Shown: one piece after another, positions 10,153 through 19,557 of the stretch | Numbering within the stretch: the stretch's first letter is position 1 | Layout of the letters: each line of letters opens with the position of its first letter | Origin: a bacterium | GTDB taxonomy: Bacteria; Desulfobacterota; Desulfocorpusculales; Desulfocorpusculum | Length of the DNA: 64,000 nucleotides | Direction: 5' to 3' | Assembly (NCBI GenBank): GCA_037481695.1 | Contig: JBBFLE010000006.1 | Span: forward strand, 129,530-193,529 | Made by a program: the position numbers and the translations under genes | The notes under the pieces: model-generated | Database searches by the model: none | The model's input: only the letters and a program-made list of their open reading frames with translations | What the model was told of the DNA's origin: nothing

Positions 10153-10904
10153 TTGAAGCCCAAATCCGTTACCAGGCCAAGCACCCCGATGGTAATTATG
10201 GAAAATATGATGTTGCCTGTCTGGAGGAGCCTTTGGGAATTGAGGATCCTGTAACCAAGCCCTGCCTCAGAGGCTACTAGCTCGGCCACTATGATGTATG
10301 TCCAGGCCCAGCCCATTATTATTCTCAAGGTGTCTAAGATTCCGGGCATGCTGGCCGGAAGCAAAACCCTGACTATGACCTGGAACCTGCTGGCCCCGAG
10401 GGTGTAAGCGGTCTCCATCATTTCCATGGGTACCCCCCTGGCCACCACTGTCACCATGAGGGCTAGTTGAAAGAAGCTTCCCACGAAAATGATAGCCACC
10501 TTTTCAAGATCTCCTATTCCCAGCCAAAGGATGAAAAGAGGGATGAAGGCAGATGCCGGCATGTAACGTACAAAACCCACCAGGGGTTCGAAGATCGCCT
10601 CCGCTGCCCTGAAGGTGCCCATCAAGAGGCCCAGAGGAACTCCCAGAAGGGCTGCAGCCAAAAAGCCCAACAAGATCCTATAAGTACTGGCCCATATGTC
10701 AGCCAAAAACTCCAGCTCGGCAAAAAGAACATAACCTGCACGCAGGACTTGGTCTGGCCTGGGCAGGAAAAAGGGCTGGATAAGGCCCAGGGAGGTGACA
10801 CCCCACCAAAGCACAAGCACGGCAGCGAATCCCCCGAAACCCAGGCAGATCTGTAAGCTTTTGGGAATAGGTGACCTAGGGGTGAGTATGGATCGCCATT
10901 GCAT
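10116..10904 (-). CDS. ABC transporter permease (SsuC/TauC-like)
   Basis: 262 aa, 6 predicted TM segments, BPD-transport EAA-like loop; overlaps the ATPase gene. Confidence 0.8.
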   Translation of the reverse strand: MQWRSILTPRSPIPKSLQICLGFGGFAAVLVLWWGVTSLGLIQPFFLPRPDQVLRAGYVLFAELEFLADIWASTYRILLGFLAAALLGVPLGLLMGTFRAAEAIFEPLVGFVRYMPASAFIPLFILWLGIGDLEKVAIIFVGSFFQLALMVTVVARGVPMEMMETAYTLGASRFQVIVRVLLPASMPGILDTLRIIMGWAWTYIIVAELVASEAGLGYRILNSQRLLQTGNIIFSIITIGVLGLVTDLGFKWLQRKLFPWTE

Positions 10905-10968
10905 GATAGCTGAGTTTAAAACTAGGATCCAGAGCTAGTTGTTTCACCCGAGAGTTTCCCCTGGAGAA

Positions 10969-10998
10969 AGGGGGGAGTTTCACACCCCCCCCTTTCCC
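10969..10998 (-). terminator. Intercistronic G/C hairpin (G7-8 / C7-8 stem) followed by a U-rich tract between the binding-protein and permease genes; attenuator/partial terminator candidate
   Basis: On the minus strand: GGGGGGGG-tgtgaaact-CCCCCCC then UUUCUCC; flanked by direct repeats tttcccctgg at 10953 and 10991. Confidence 0.3.
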
Positions 10999-11006
10999 CT
11001 GGGAGG

Positions 11007-11975
11007 CTATTTTATGAAGGATCCGTCTATTACGCTCTTAGGATCTATCCTCTTGGGAATCTGCTTGGTTTCCATCCAGAGATCCAGAGCCCTCTCCACC
11101 ACCTTATAAAGCTCTCCCGGCTTATCCCCGGTGCCGAAATAGGCCTTGTTCTCCTGCAAGCCGTAAAAGCGTACCCCTTCGATGTGCTTCTTGTATAGCT
11201 CAGGGGTATCTTTTGTGAACTTGGCCATGATGGCATTGGCATCATCCGGGTTTTTCTTGTGGTACTCCAGGGCCTCGAACCATGCCTCCAGGATCTTTTT
11301 GACCGCCTCTTTGTTCTTCTCTATGAAATCGGGCCTGAAGGCCAATGCATCTACTATCACCCCAGGGGTCTTGCGGCTGTCCAGGAGCACGTGCCCTTTG
11401 CCTTCGCTGGCTGCCCTTGACAGATGAGGCTCCCAGGTAATGGCCGCATCCACCTTGCCAGCCACAAAAGCAGAGGCCGCATCCCCGGCAGTCATGTCTA
11501 TCATGTTGATATCAGATAGTTTCATGTTGTGCTGGGTGAGCACGTAGTTGGTCCAAAAAAGGGTGGCCCCTCCCTTGTGCCCGGCCACGTTTTTGCCTTT
11601 GAGATCTTCCACCTTTTTTATGGACTCTACGGCCACTATGCCGTCTCCGCCATAAGAGTCATCCAGGGCCAAGACCATTTTCACTGGAATGTCATTGGCT
11701 GCCGTGATCACATGGGCATCTGCTGTGGTGCACATGCCCTGAATATGTCCAGCAGCCAGTGCCGCTCTTCTGTCAGCCACCTTCTCGATGATCTTGACCT
11801 CCACATCCAGCCCCTTGGCCTTAAAAAAACCCTTTTCCTGGGCCAGATAAAGCGGGGCATATCCTATCCAGTTGGACATGCCAATGAGAATCTTCTCTGC
11901 GGCCCAAGCACCTGTGGGGAGCAAAAGGGCGCAAAGAGCCATAACCAAAACCAATCCCCCCAGCTTTCGCCTCAT
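11007..11975 (-). CDS. ABC transporter periplasmic substrate-binding protein (NMT1/SsuA/TauA-like)
   Basis: 322 aa with N-terminal signal peptide (LLLPTGAWA) and NMT1-like fold; first gene of the binding protein-permease-ATPase operon. Confidence 0.8.
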   Translation of the reverse strand: MRRKLGGLVLVMALCALLLPTGAWAAEKILIGMSNWIGYAPLYLAQEKGFFKAKGLDVEVKIIEKVADRRAALAAGHIQGMCTTADAHVITAANDIPVKMVLALDDSYGGDGIVAVESIKKVEDLKGKNVAGHKGGATLFWTNYVLTQHNMKLSDINMIDMTAGDAASAFVAGKVDAAITWEPHLSRAASEGKGHVLLDSRKTPGVIVDALAFRPDFIEKNKEAVKKILEAWFEALEYHKKNPDDANAIMAKFTKDTPELYKKHIEGVRFYGLQENKAYFGTGDKPGELYKVVERALDLWMETKQIPKRIDPKSVIDGSFIK

Positions 11976-12067
11976 GGTTTCCTCCTGATCCTAGATATTT
12001 AAAACCCTCGAATCCCTCGATAGATGAGCCTGGAAGCCTGTATGCTACATTTCCTAGAGCCCTGATG

Positions 12068-13450
12068 TCAAGAAGTCCTGCGAAGTTTGAAGGCCGAGAA
12101 GCCATCCATGCCCTGTCTATGGGGAAATGTGCGCAGGAATCCATGGGGGTCCACCAGAGTCCTGGCCTCTTGGGGAAGCCCCTGAGGCGAAACCACGGGC
12201 TCAAAGTTTCTGGTCTTGCTCAAGAAGGCTTCTCTGACCCCCTCTGTTTCCTCCTGTGTGTGTGTGCAGACGCTATATACCAGGATTCCTCCTGGGGCCA
12301 AAAGGGGAGCCAGGTTCTCCAGCATTCGGAGCTGAATATCGGCCATGCGTGGGATGTCCTGAGGGGTTCTTCTCCACTTGGCATCGGGATTCCTTCTCAA
12401 TACGCCCAAACCTGAGCAGGGGGCATCCAGGAGAATACGTTGAAAAGGGCCGCCAGGCACACTGGAGGGATTCAACAGGTCAGCCTTGAGGATGCTCACA
12501 CAGGTTATGTTGAGCTTCTTGCATTCCTGAGCCAGTAGGTGAAGCTTTGCCTGGTGAATATCCACGGCCAAGATCCTTCCTTTGTTCCCTAAGAGTTGGG
12601 CCATATGGGATGTCTTGCCTCCTGGGGCAGCACAGGCATCCAGCACCATCTGATCCCCTTGTAGTTCCAGCCAGTGAGGGATGAGCTGAGAAGCTTCATC
12701 CTGGACCTGGAACCAACCCCTACGAAAAGCCTCCAGTCTGCTCAAAGGCACTTCCAGACTAAGCACCCGCAGACCCTCGGGACTGAATTGTGTGGGAAGA
12801 ACCTCCAAGCCCTCCCTTTCAAGGGCTTCCATGAGCTCCTTGCGGGTGATCTTCAGGGTGTTGGTCCTGATGGTAAGGGGCGCAACCTGGTTGTTAGCCG
12901 TACAAAGTTCCTTGGCTTGCTGGAGCCCCCACTGCCTGATCCACCTCTCCACCATCCAGACAGGGTGAGAGGTCTCCATGGCAATGCGTTGTGCATCAGG
13001 CAAATTGGAATCCACAGACAGAATAGAACCCGCTTTTTCTGCCAGGGATCTAAGCACTCCGTTGGCAAAGCCTGTGGCATATGCCAGGCCCAGTTCCCTT
13101 ACCAACTCCACGGTTTCGTTGACAGCCGCAGGGGCAGGAATCCTATCCAGAAAAAGAATCTGGTATGCACCCATGCGAAGCGCTGCCAAAAGCTTGCCTG
13201 GAATCCTGGACAAGGGGCGGGAACTCACCTGGCTCAAGGCTCTGTCCAGGGCTGCCTGCCATCTCAAGGTGCCCATCACCAGTTCATGGGCAAGGGCCTT
13301 GTCTTGGCGTGGGAGGGAAGGATCTGTTTCTAGCCTGGCCGAAAGGAGAAGATCAGGATAGGCGCCTTGATTTTGAGTGCGCCAAAGCACCTCCCAGGCC
13401 AACCGCCTGGCTCCACGATCTCTTTTGGGGGCCTTGTTCATATGGTGCAA
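12068..13450 (-). CDS. rsmB: 16S rRNA (cytosine967-C5)-methyltransferase RsmB/Sun
   Basis: N-terminal NusB-like domain, SAM motif DACAAPGGKT and PCSG catalytic Cys motif; start may be the ATG at 13441. Confidence 0.8.
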   Translation of the reverse strand: MHHMNKAPKRDRGARRLAWEVLWRTQNQGAYPDLLLSARLETDPSLPRQDKALAHELVMGTLRWQAALDRALSQVSSRPLSRIPGKLLAALRMGAYQILFLDRIPAPAAVNETVELVRELGLAYATGFANGVLRSLAEKAGSILSVDSNLPDAQRIAMETSHPVWMVERWIRQWGLQQAKELCTANNQVAPLTIRTNTLKITRKELMEALEREGLEVLPTQFSPEGLRVLSLEVPLSRLEAFRRGWFQVQDEASQLIPHWLELQGDQMVLDACAAPGGKTSHMAQLLGNKGRILAVDIHQAKLHLLAQECKKLNITCVSILKADLLNPSSVPGGPFQRILLDAPCSGLGVLRRNPDAKWRRTPQDIPRMADIQLRMLENLAPLLAPGGILVYSVCTHTQEETEGVREAFLSKTRNFEPVVSPQGLPQEARTLVDPHGFLRTFPHRQGMDGFSAFKLRRTS

Positions 13451-13610
13451 CTCCCCCAGGCCTCGAAGTCTTTCGGCTCCCAGAGATGACTTTAGAATTC
13501 TAAGATCGGCGCCATTTGGGAATGTGCACCTGATGAGCCATTACCAAACACAAGAAATTGAGCCTCTTGGCACTCTGAGCCTTGGGTACTGTTGGCTCGT
13601 TGCAAAAGGC

Positions 13611-14552
13611 CTACAAAGATTCCAGTAGCTCTCCTTCTATCACCCCCCTGCCGGAAACAAAGGCTTGGGCAGCCATGGCTGGTTTGGCCTCGGGCTGCAA
13701 TCTTAAGACCTCCAAAGTACCCCCACCCGTGGCTATCCATAGGTTTTCCCCCCGGGCCTTGATGACAGTGCCCGGTTTTTGCCCTGATTCCAGGGCAAGG
13801 GCTCTTGCCTTTAGGATCTTCAACTGCTTTCCCCTACAAAAGGTGAAAGCAGTGGGCCAAGGGACCATGGCCCTCACCTTTCTATGAATCATCTCTGCCT
13901 TATCCTCCCAGGCTATGCGGCCATCCTGCTTACGCAGCTTGGGGGCATAGGTGGCCTCCTCATCCCTCTGGGCAGAGAGGACCAATGCCCCCCTTTGCAG
14001 TTTCCCAAGGGTTTCCAACATCAGATCCGCCCCCATCAGTGAGAGCCTGGCGGAGAGCTCCAGGGCATCTTCTTGGGGCCCGATGGGGGTTCTTGCCACA
14101 GCTGCCACGGGTCCTGTGTCCAAGCCTTCATCCATCTGAATTATGCTCAAACCTGTCACCTCATCTCCCATCAGGATAGCCCAGGCAATGGGTGCAGCCC
14201 CCCTGTGGCGGGGCAAAAGGGATGCGTGAAGGTTCAAACAGCCCAAGGCCGGTATCTGAAGAAAAGCACCCGGCAGTATCTGCCCATAGGCCACCACCAC
14301 GGCCACATCAGGCTTCAAAGCTCGGATGCTATCCAGGCAATCAGGATCCCCGGCCCGCTGCGGCTCCATGACTCTGAGCCCTGCCTTGGAGGCCAACTCT
14401 TTGACCGGGGAAGCTTTCAGAAGGCGGCCCCTTCCAGCCGGCCTGTCCGGCTGGGTGATCACGCCCACCACCTTATGGGAAGACTTCAGGATGGCTTCCA
14501 GTGTAGGAACTGCAAAGGAGGCTGTCCCCGCGAAGAGGACCCTGAGACTCAT
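13611..14552 (-). CDS. fmt: Methionyl-tRNA formyltransferase
   Basis: 313 aa; formyltransferase N-domain (FAGTASFAVPTLEAI, HASLLPRHRGAAPI) plus C-terminal domain; overlaps def by 4 bp. Confidence 0.9.
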   Translation of the reverse strand: MSLRVLFAGTASFAVPTLEAILKSSHKVVGVITQPDRPAGRGRLLKASPVKELASKAGLRVMEPQRAGDPDCLDSIRALKPDVAVVVAYGQILPGAFLQIPALGCLNLHASLLPRHRGAAPIAWAILMGDEVTGLSIIQMDEGLDTGPVAAVARTPIGPQEDALELSARLSLMGADLMLETLGKLQRGALVLSAQRDEEATYAPKLRKQDGRIAWEDKAEMIHRKVRAMVPWPTAFTFCRGKQLKILKARALALESGQKPGTVIKARGENLWIATGGGTLEVLRLQPEAKPAMAAQAFVSGRGVIEGELLESL

Positions 14553-15064
14553 GCCAAAGCCCTTGCGGCCTCTCTTAGCCGTCGGCGTCGGTAAAGCTCT
14601 CTCTTGAGAGAACTGATCCTGTCTATGATCAATTTACCGTCTAGATGATCTGCTTCATGTTGGAGGGCTATGGCCAGAAGCCCATGGGCCTCTATGTGGA
14701 ACCTTTTGCCTGAGAGATCCTGGGCTGACATCCTTATCTTCTCCATGCGGGGTACCTCCACCATCATATCAGGAACGCTCAGGCAGCCTTCCTCCCAGGT
14801 GATCTGGCCTTCTCCGCCCAAGATCTCGGGATTGATGAACACCATGGGCCCAGTGTCCTCTTGATGAGAGGAGACATCCACCACAAAGAGCCTTATGTTG
14901 TGGCCCACCTGTGGAGCTGCGAGCCCTACCCCCGGGGCCTCGTACATGGTCTCAAACATGTCATCCACTAGCTGTTTCAAATCTTTGAAGCTTCCCTTGA
15001 CGGGAAGGCTAGGCCTCTTGAGAACCGGATCTGGGTATTTGCAGATTTTCAAAAGGCTCATCAC
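14549..15064 (-). CDS. def: Peptide deformylase
   Basis: Motifs GVGLAAPQVG, EGCLS, QHEADHLDG. Confidence 0.9.
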   Translation of the reverse strand: MMSLLKICKYPDPVLKRPSLPVKGSFKDLKQLVDDMFETMYEAPGVGLAAPQVGHNIRLFVVDVSSHQEDTGPMVFINPEILGGEGQITWEEGCLSVPDMMVEVPRMEKIRMSAQDLSGKRFHIEAHGLLAIALQHEADHLDGKLIIDRISSLKRELYRRRRLREAARALA

Positions 15065-15135
15065 AAGGCCCCTTGTCAGCGCAAGCTCTTTTCTTTACTA
15101 TAGAAAACCAATCAGACCAAGTCAAGGAAACCACC

Positions 15136-15873
15136 TTGCAGACAAAACCGGAACTGGCCTTTGACTCTTTCAAAATTGCTCCTTCCCTCTTGTCCGCGGA
15201 CTTCGGCCGTTTGGCAGAAGAAGTCCTGGCCTTGGAGAGGGCTGGGGCGGACTGGATCCACCTTGATGTCATGGATGGCAATTTTGTGCCCAACATTACT
15301 TTTGGTCCCAGGGCCGTGGAGGCTGTGCGCAGCGTCACGAGGCTTCCCCTGGACGCTCATCTGATGGTGGAGAACCCGGACCGCCACCTCAAAGCCTTCA
15401 TATCTGCTGGAGCAGACTTGGTAACAGTGCATGTGGAGACATGTCCCCATCTCCACAGGACCTTGCAAAGCATTCGTGACTTGGGTGCCAGGCCCGGGGT
15501 GGTGCTCAACCCTTCTACGCCTCTTAGCTCATTGGAGTACATACTGGAAGAAGTGGAACTTGTTATGATAATGACAGTGAATCCTGGTTTTGGAGGGCAG
15601 AGCTTCATTCAGGCCATGATCCCTAAGATCCGGGCTCTGCGCAGGATGATGGATGAAAGGGACTGCAGGGCGGAGTTGGAGGTGGACGGTGGAGTCCACA
15701 TAGGCAATGTGAGGGAGGTGGCCAGAGCCGGGGCCACTGTGTTTGTGTCTGGTTCCGGCATATTGGACACAAAGGATTACGCGCAGGCCATTGGGCGCAT
15801 GCGGGAGGAGATAAGGCTGGCTAAGGCAGCAGGAGGTTGGAATGCGGCGGACAGAGGTTCCTCCGCTAGATGA
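15136..15873 (+). CDS. rpe: Ribulose-phosphate 3-epimerase (start uncertain; the ORF opens at TTG 15073, only 8 bp from the divergent def start, so a downstream TTG/CTG start is more likely)
   Basis: IAPSLLSADF, HLDVMDGNFVPN, MTVNPGFGGQ, EVDGG; about 25-aa C-terminal extension relative to typical Rpe. Confidence 0.8.
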   Translation: MQTKPELAFDSFKIAPSLLSADFGRLAEEVLALERAGADWIHLDVMDGNFVPNITFGPRAVEAVRSVTRLPLDAHLMVENPDRHLKAFISAGADLVTVHVETCPHLHRTLQSIRDLGARPGVVLNPSTPLSSLEYILEEVELVMIMTVNPGFGGQSFIQAMIPKIRALRRMMDERDCRAELEVDGGVHIGNVREVARAGATVFVSGSGILDTKDYAQAIGRMREEIRLAKAAGGWNAADRGSSAR

Positions 15874-17635
15874 GGACAAGATACTGGATGCGCCCATAGG
15901 CCTGGACATGGACGCTCTTGGGGGCAAGGACCTGGGTTCTCTGTCCATACGCCAGGCCCCCAAGAAGAAAAAAGGGCGGGCCAAGGGTGTTTGGATTCTT
16001 GTGGGTTTTCTGCTAGGAGTGGGCCTGGCAGGTTTTGTTTTTTGGGAAATCAGCCCCACAACTGAGAATGTGCCCAGAAGGAGTCACTCTGCATCCCTTT
16101 TTTCTTATCCCGTGGAGGGGATCCGCATCCAGCGCCTTGCATTGCAAAAAGAGGGGGAGCAGGCCGAGGCTTCCTCGGTGCTGCTGAGGGAGCAGACCCT
16201 TCGGGTGGTGTATGGAAAAGAGAGCGTGAGATTTGTCTCGGTGGAGAGAGACCCTTCCATTTGGGCACGTGTCTTGGCGGTTTTTCTTAGCCCACCTGGG
16301 CTCTATCTGGAGGGCAACCCCATTGACCCGGGCCAGGATCTGATCTCCTTCTTGGCCCCGGAGAAGAGCCTTGTGTATGAGCTTTCTCTGAGAGCTGGTC
16401 CCCATGGGCCAGCTCTAGCCAGATTCACACTGGAGCTCCAGATGAGCGCCGAGACCTGGGCTGCCAGGGCACGGGAACTGAAGGAACCACAGGCTCAGAG
16501 AGCCTGCCTGGAACAGGCCCTCAGGGCAGAGCCTGGCAATGTGGATCTGCTCATGGCTTTGGGCAATCTCCTTTGGGAACAAAACGAGCCCTTGGGGGCG
16601 GCCGAAAGGTTCGAGGAGGTTCTAAAGCATTCTCCCAAACACAAGGAGGCCGCGCGAGCCCTGGCTTCCATCTATTCCAAGTCAAAGCCCAAGAGGGCAT
16701 TGGAGATGTATAAACTCCTAAGTGACATAGACCCTGACAACAGACTCGACAATCTCAAGCACATGGCCGCACTCCAGGAGCGCCTGGGGGTCTCTCCGGC
16801 AGAGACTTACAAGAAGATCCTGGCCATCCAGAAAAACGATCCCGATGCCCGAAGAGGTCTTGATACACTTTATGCCAAAAAGGTGGAGATGGCTCAGCAG
16901 GCCGAGAAAAAAGGGAATCTTTCCCAGGCCATCGAACAGATGAAGCAGGCTCTGGAGTTGAACCCGAGCAAAGAGGGCAAGGCATACCTGGCCACCCTTC
17001 ACAACAACCTGGCCTATTCCCTGGCCAAGCAGGCCAAGTTCAAGGAGGCCATACCTCATTACGAGGCCTCCTTGCGATTGGAGGAAAGCGCAATCACCTA
17101 CCTGAATCTGGCTGATGCCTATGCCAAAGCTCAACAACACTCAAAGGCACTCCAAAGTGTGGAGAAAGCATGGGCGCTTAAGCCCAAGGAGCCGGAGGTG
17201 GTCAAAAACCTTCTTCTGCTTTGGGCCGAGCTGCTGACCCAGAAAAAGGATTATGGGGGAGCTACTGCCAAACTCCAGGAGCTGCATGCCAAGTTTCCCA
17301 AGGATCCGGAAGTGGCCAAGATGTTGGCAGCAGCCTATTGGAACCAGAAGGATTTAAACAAAGCCCTGGAAGTACTCCAGAGGGTTCCAGGACTCATGGC
17401 ATCACACCCACCTAAGGCAAGGGCAGAGATCCACGCCATGTTGGGAGACCTTTACCGGGCCTTGGGGGATCAGGAAAAAAACGTTAAAGGCCGTATAGCA
17501 CGTTATGACGAGGCTCTGAAGGAATACAAGGCAGCTTTGGCTCTGAACAAGGGTGACAAGCAGACACAAAAGAAAAAAGAAGAGCTGGAAAGCGAGCGCA
17601 TGGCACTGGTGAAGCGTTCCCTGAAATCTTCCTGA
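15842..17635 (+). CDS. Membrane-anchored TPR-repeat protein
   Basis: 597 aa; Lys-rich N-terminus, single TM (GVWILVGFLLGVGLAGFVFW), multiple TPR-like repeats; overlaps the rpe 3' end by 32 nt. Confidence 0.55.
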   Translation: MRRTEVPPLDEDKILDAPIGLDMDALGGKDLGSLSIRQAPKKKKGRAKGVWILVGFLLGVGLAGFVFWEISPTTENVPRRSHSASLFSYPVEGIRIQRLALQKEGEQAEASSVLLREQTLRVVYGKESVRFVSVERDPSIWARVLAVFLSPPGLYLEGNPIDPGQDLISFLAPEKSLVYELSLRAGPHGPALARFTLELQMSAETWAARARELKEPQAQRACLEQALRAEPGNVDLLMALGNLLWEQNEPLGAAERFEEVLKHSPKHKEAARALASIYSKSKPKRALEMYKLLSDIDPDNRLDNLKHMAALQERLGVSPAETYKKILAIQKNDPDARRGLDTLYAKKVEMAQQAEKKGNLSQAIEQMKQALELNPSKEGKAYLATLHNNLAYSLAKQAKFKEAIPHYEASLRLEESAITYLNLADAYAKAQQHSKALQSVEKAWALKPKEPEVVKNLLLLWAELLTQKKDYGGATAKLQELHAKFPKDPEVAKMLAAAYWNQKDLNKALEVLQRVPGLMASHPPKARAEIHAMLGDLYRALGDQEKNVKGRIARYDEALKEYKAALALNKGDKQTQKKKEELESERMALVKRSLKSS

Positions 17636-17795
17636 TCTGAGTAAAACAAGGCCTGATCAATTGCCAGGAATAGGAATTCTGGCGCCCGATTTTCCAATCC
17701 GGGGCTTGTTGGGTTGGACCTAACGGGTGTCTCTTGGGGAAGGCTTTATCACGGACTTTTTATCCCTCATGGGAGTCCCAAACACAAGAAACTGA

Positions 17796-17870
17796 TCGGG
17801 GAGAGGCGATTTGAACGCCCGACCTCTTGCTCCCGAAGCAAGCGCTCTGACCAGTCTGAGCTACTCCCCG
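17796..17870 (-). tRNA. tRNA-Pro (anticodon CGG)
   Basis: Reverse complement reads CGGGGAG-TAGCTCAGACTGGTCAGAGCGC-TTGCT-TTCGGGA-AGCAA-GAGGTCGGGCGTTCAAATCGCC-TCTCCCCG-A; 7-bp acceptor stem, D and T arms, anticodon loop uuCGGga; no encoded CCA. Confidence 0.8.
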
Positions 17871-18150
17871 AGAAGTTCCCACAGAATGCTTCTGACTTTT
17901 TTCGGACCATAAATTTTGACTTTTCTGAAAACCTTCAAGAGCTCCAAGGGACCAGCCCTAATGAAACATGCTTTAGGTTCTATATGCTTGAAGCCTGTGC
18001 CATAGAGCCTAAGGTCCCCAGTTGATGATCCAGTAAATCCTTTCGTTTCTTTTGAGAAGAGGGCCTCTCTTGCAAGACCCAATCCAGCCGGGCCCAAGCC
18101 CAGCAGAAATTCCTTGGTGCCCCATGGATCAACAACTCTAGTGAGAACTC

Positions 18151-18591
18151 CTAGTGCATTGTCTCCCCAGGCTCTGTCTTACTGAGTATCTCTTCTAGCT
18201 CATCTACGAACTTCTCTTCAAGCTTCTTGACCACGAAAATGGGAACCCCCAGTCTCATGGCCAAGGCTATGGCATCACTGGGCCTGCTGTCTACTGCCAG
18301 TTCCTTTCCGTCTTGTCTTATGTAGATAAAGGCATAATATATGTTGTCCCTCAAGTCAGACACCACTATTCTCAAGACTTCCCCATCTAGGCTTTCAATG
18401 AGGTTGGCCATGAGATCGTGGGTGAGGGGCCTTGCTGCAGGAATTCCCCTCAGGGCCATGGCTATGGCGTTTCCTTCGAAGGCTCCCACGAAAATGGGAA
18501 GCACCTTGCCTGTGGTTTCTTCCTTTAGGTTCACCCTGTACATGGAGCCTTGAGCCTCATAGGAGACGCTTTCCACAACTACGGGGATCAT
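18151..18591 (-). CDS. Bifunctional-nuclease (BFN/DUF151) domain protein
   Basis: 146 aa; DUF151 signature (PIFVGAFEGNAIAMAL..., HDLMANL). Confidence 0.6.
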   Translation of the reverse strand: MIPVVVESVSYEAQGSMYRVNLKEETTGKVLPIFVGAFEGNAIAMALRGIPAARPLTHDLMANLIESLDGEVLRIVVSDLRDNIYYAFIYIRQDGKELAVDSRPSDAIALAMRLGVPIFVVKKLEEKFVDELEEILSKTEPGETMH

Positions 18592-18767
18592 AGCTTACCC
18601 TCCCCACCCGGAAGTCTGGGTTTTTTGCCACTGGTTTCTCAATGATGGCACACAATCCGGGTTAGGTTTGTTTTTTGAGAGCCCCAAGCGGATTCCATAA
18701 GAACCGAAAAAAATGTATCATACGGCCCGAAGCTGCGTCAATCAATCACAGGAGAGAACTGAGCCCC

Positions 18768-19370
18768 TTGTTTTTGATTGCATTGTTGATTCTTGGCGCC
18801 TATTTGCTGGGCTCTGTGCCTTTTGGGCTTTTGTTCTCCAAAGCCCTCGGGAAGAAGGATCCCAGGTCTTGGGGTAGCGGCAACATCGGCGCCACCAATG
18901 TTTTTCGCACCTCTGGCCTTGGAGCCGCAGTGCTAACTCTATTGGCAGATGGGCTCAAGGGATACGTGCCAGCGTGGGGTGCGGTAGCACTTCAATTGGG
19001 GCCCTGGGAGGCAATCTTGGTGGGCTTGGCTGCGTTCTTAGGGCATCTGTTTCCTGTTTACCTGGGATTCAAAGGGGGGAAAGGAGTTGCCACCGCAGCA
19101 GGAATCATGGCGGCATTGGCCCCTTTGGTACTTTTTGGGTGTTTGGGAGTATTCATCCTGGGTTTTGCCCTGAGCAGGTTGGTTTCCGTGGGCTCCATCA
19201 TGGCTGCTTTTGGGGCTCCTGTGGGGGCTAAGCTTCTTGGGGGAGAGGCTCCACTTGTTTTTTTGACCCTGGTGCTGGCCTGTGGGATCCTCTGGAGGCA
19301 CAAAGAGAACATGAGGAGGCTCCTAAAGGGGGAGGAAAAGCCCTTGATCCGTAAGCCCAGGCCCGGTTGA
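18768..19370 (+). CDS. plsY: Glycerol-3-phosphate acyltransferase PlsY (start approximate; likely a TTG inside the longer ORF)
   Basis: AYLLGSVPFG, GSGNIGATN, GGKGVATAAG motifs; polytopic membrane protein. Confidence 0.8.
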   Translation: MFLIALLILGAYLLGSVPFGLLFSKALGKKDPRSWGSGNIGATNVFRTSGLGAAVLTLLADGLKGYVPAWGAVALQLGPWEAILVGLAAFLGHLFPVYLGFKGGKGVATAAGIMAALAPLVLFGCLGVFILGFALSRLVSVGSIMAAFGAPVGAKLLGGEAPLVFLTLVLACGILWRHKENMRRLLKGEEKPLIRKPRPG

Positions 19371-19557
19371 TCCAGCTTTGCTTTGGCTGAAGGGTAACTT
19401 GCCTAAACCGGATCATTTGCCAGGAATTCGGATCTTGAGGCCTAGAGCTGGGAAGGACCCAACAGGCTAAATGCCGGGTTCATTTGAGCATAGACCACTT
19501 GAGCCCAGAATCTCATGGGCTTAGCCTGCATCATCCACTGGTTGCGAACAATGCGGG

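Noticed and set aside
15073-15135. Long N-terminal extension of rpe from TTG 15073
   Set aside because: Would place the divergent rpe and def start codons 8 bp apart; the Rpe homology begins around 15150 (IAPSLLSADF), so the extension is probably not translated
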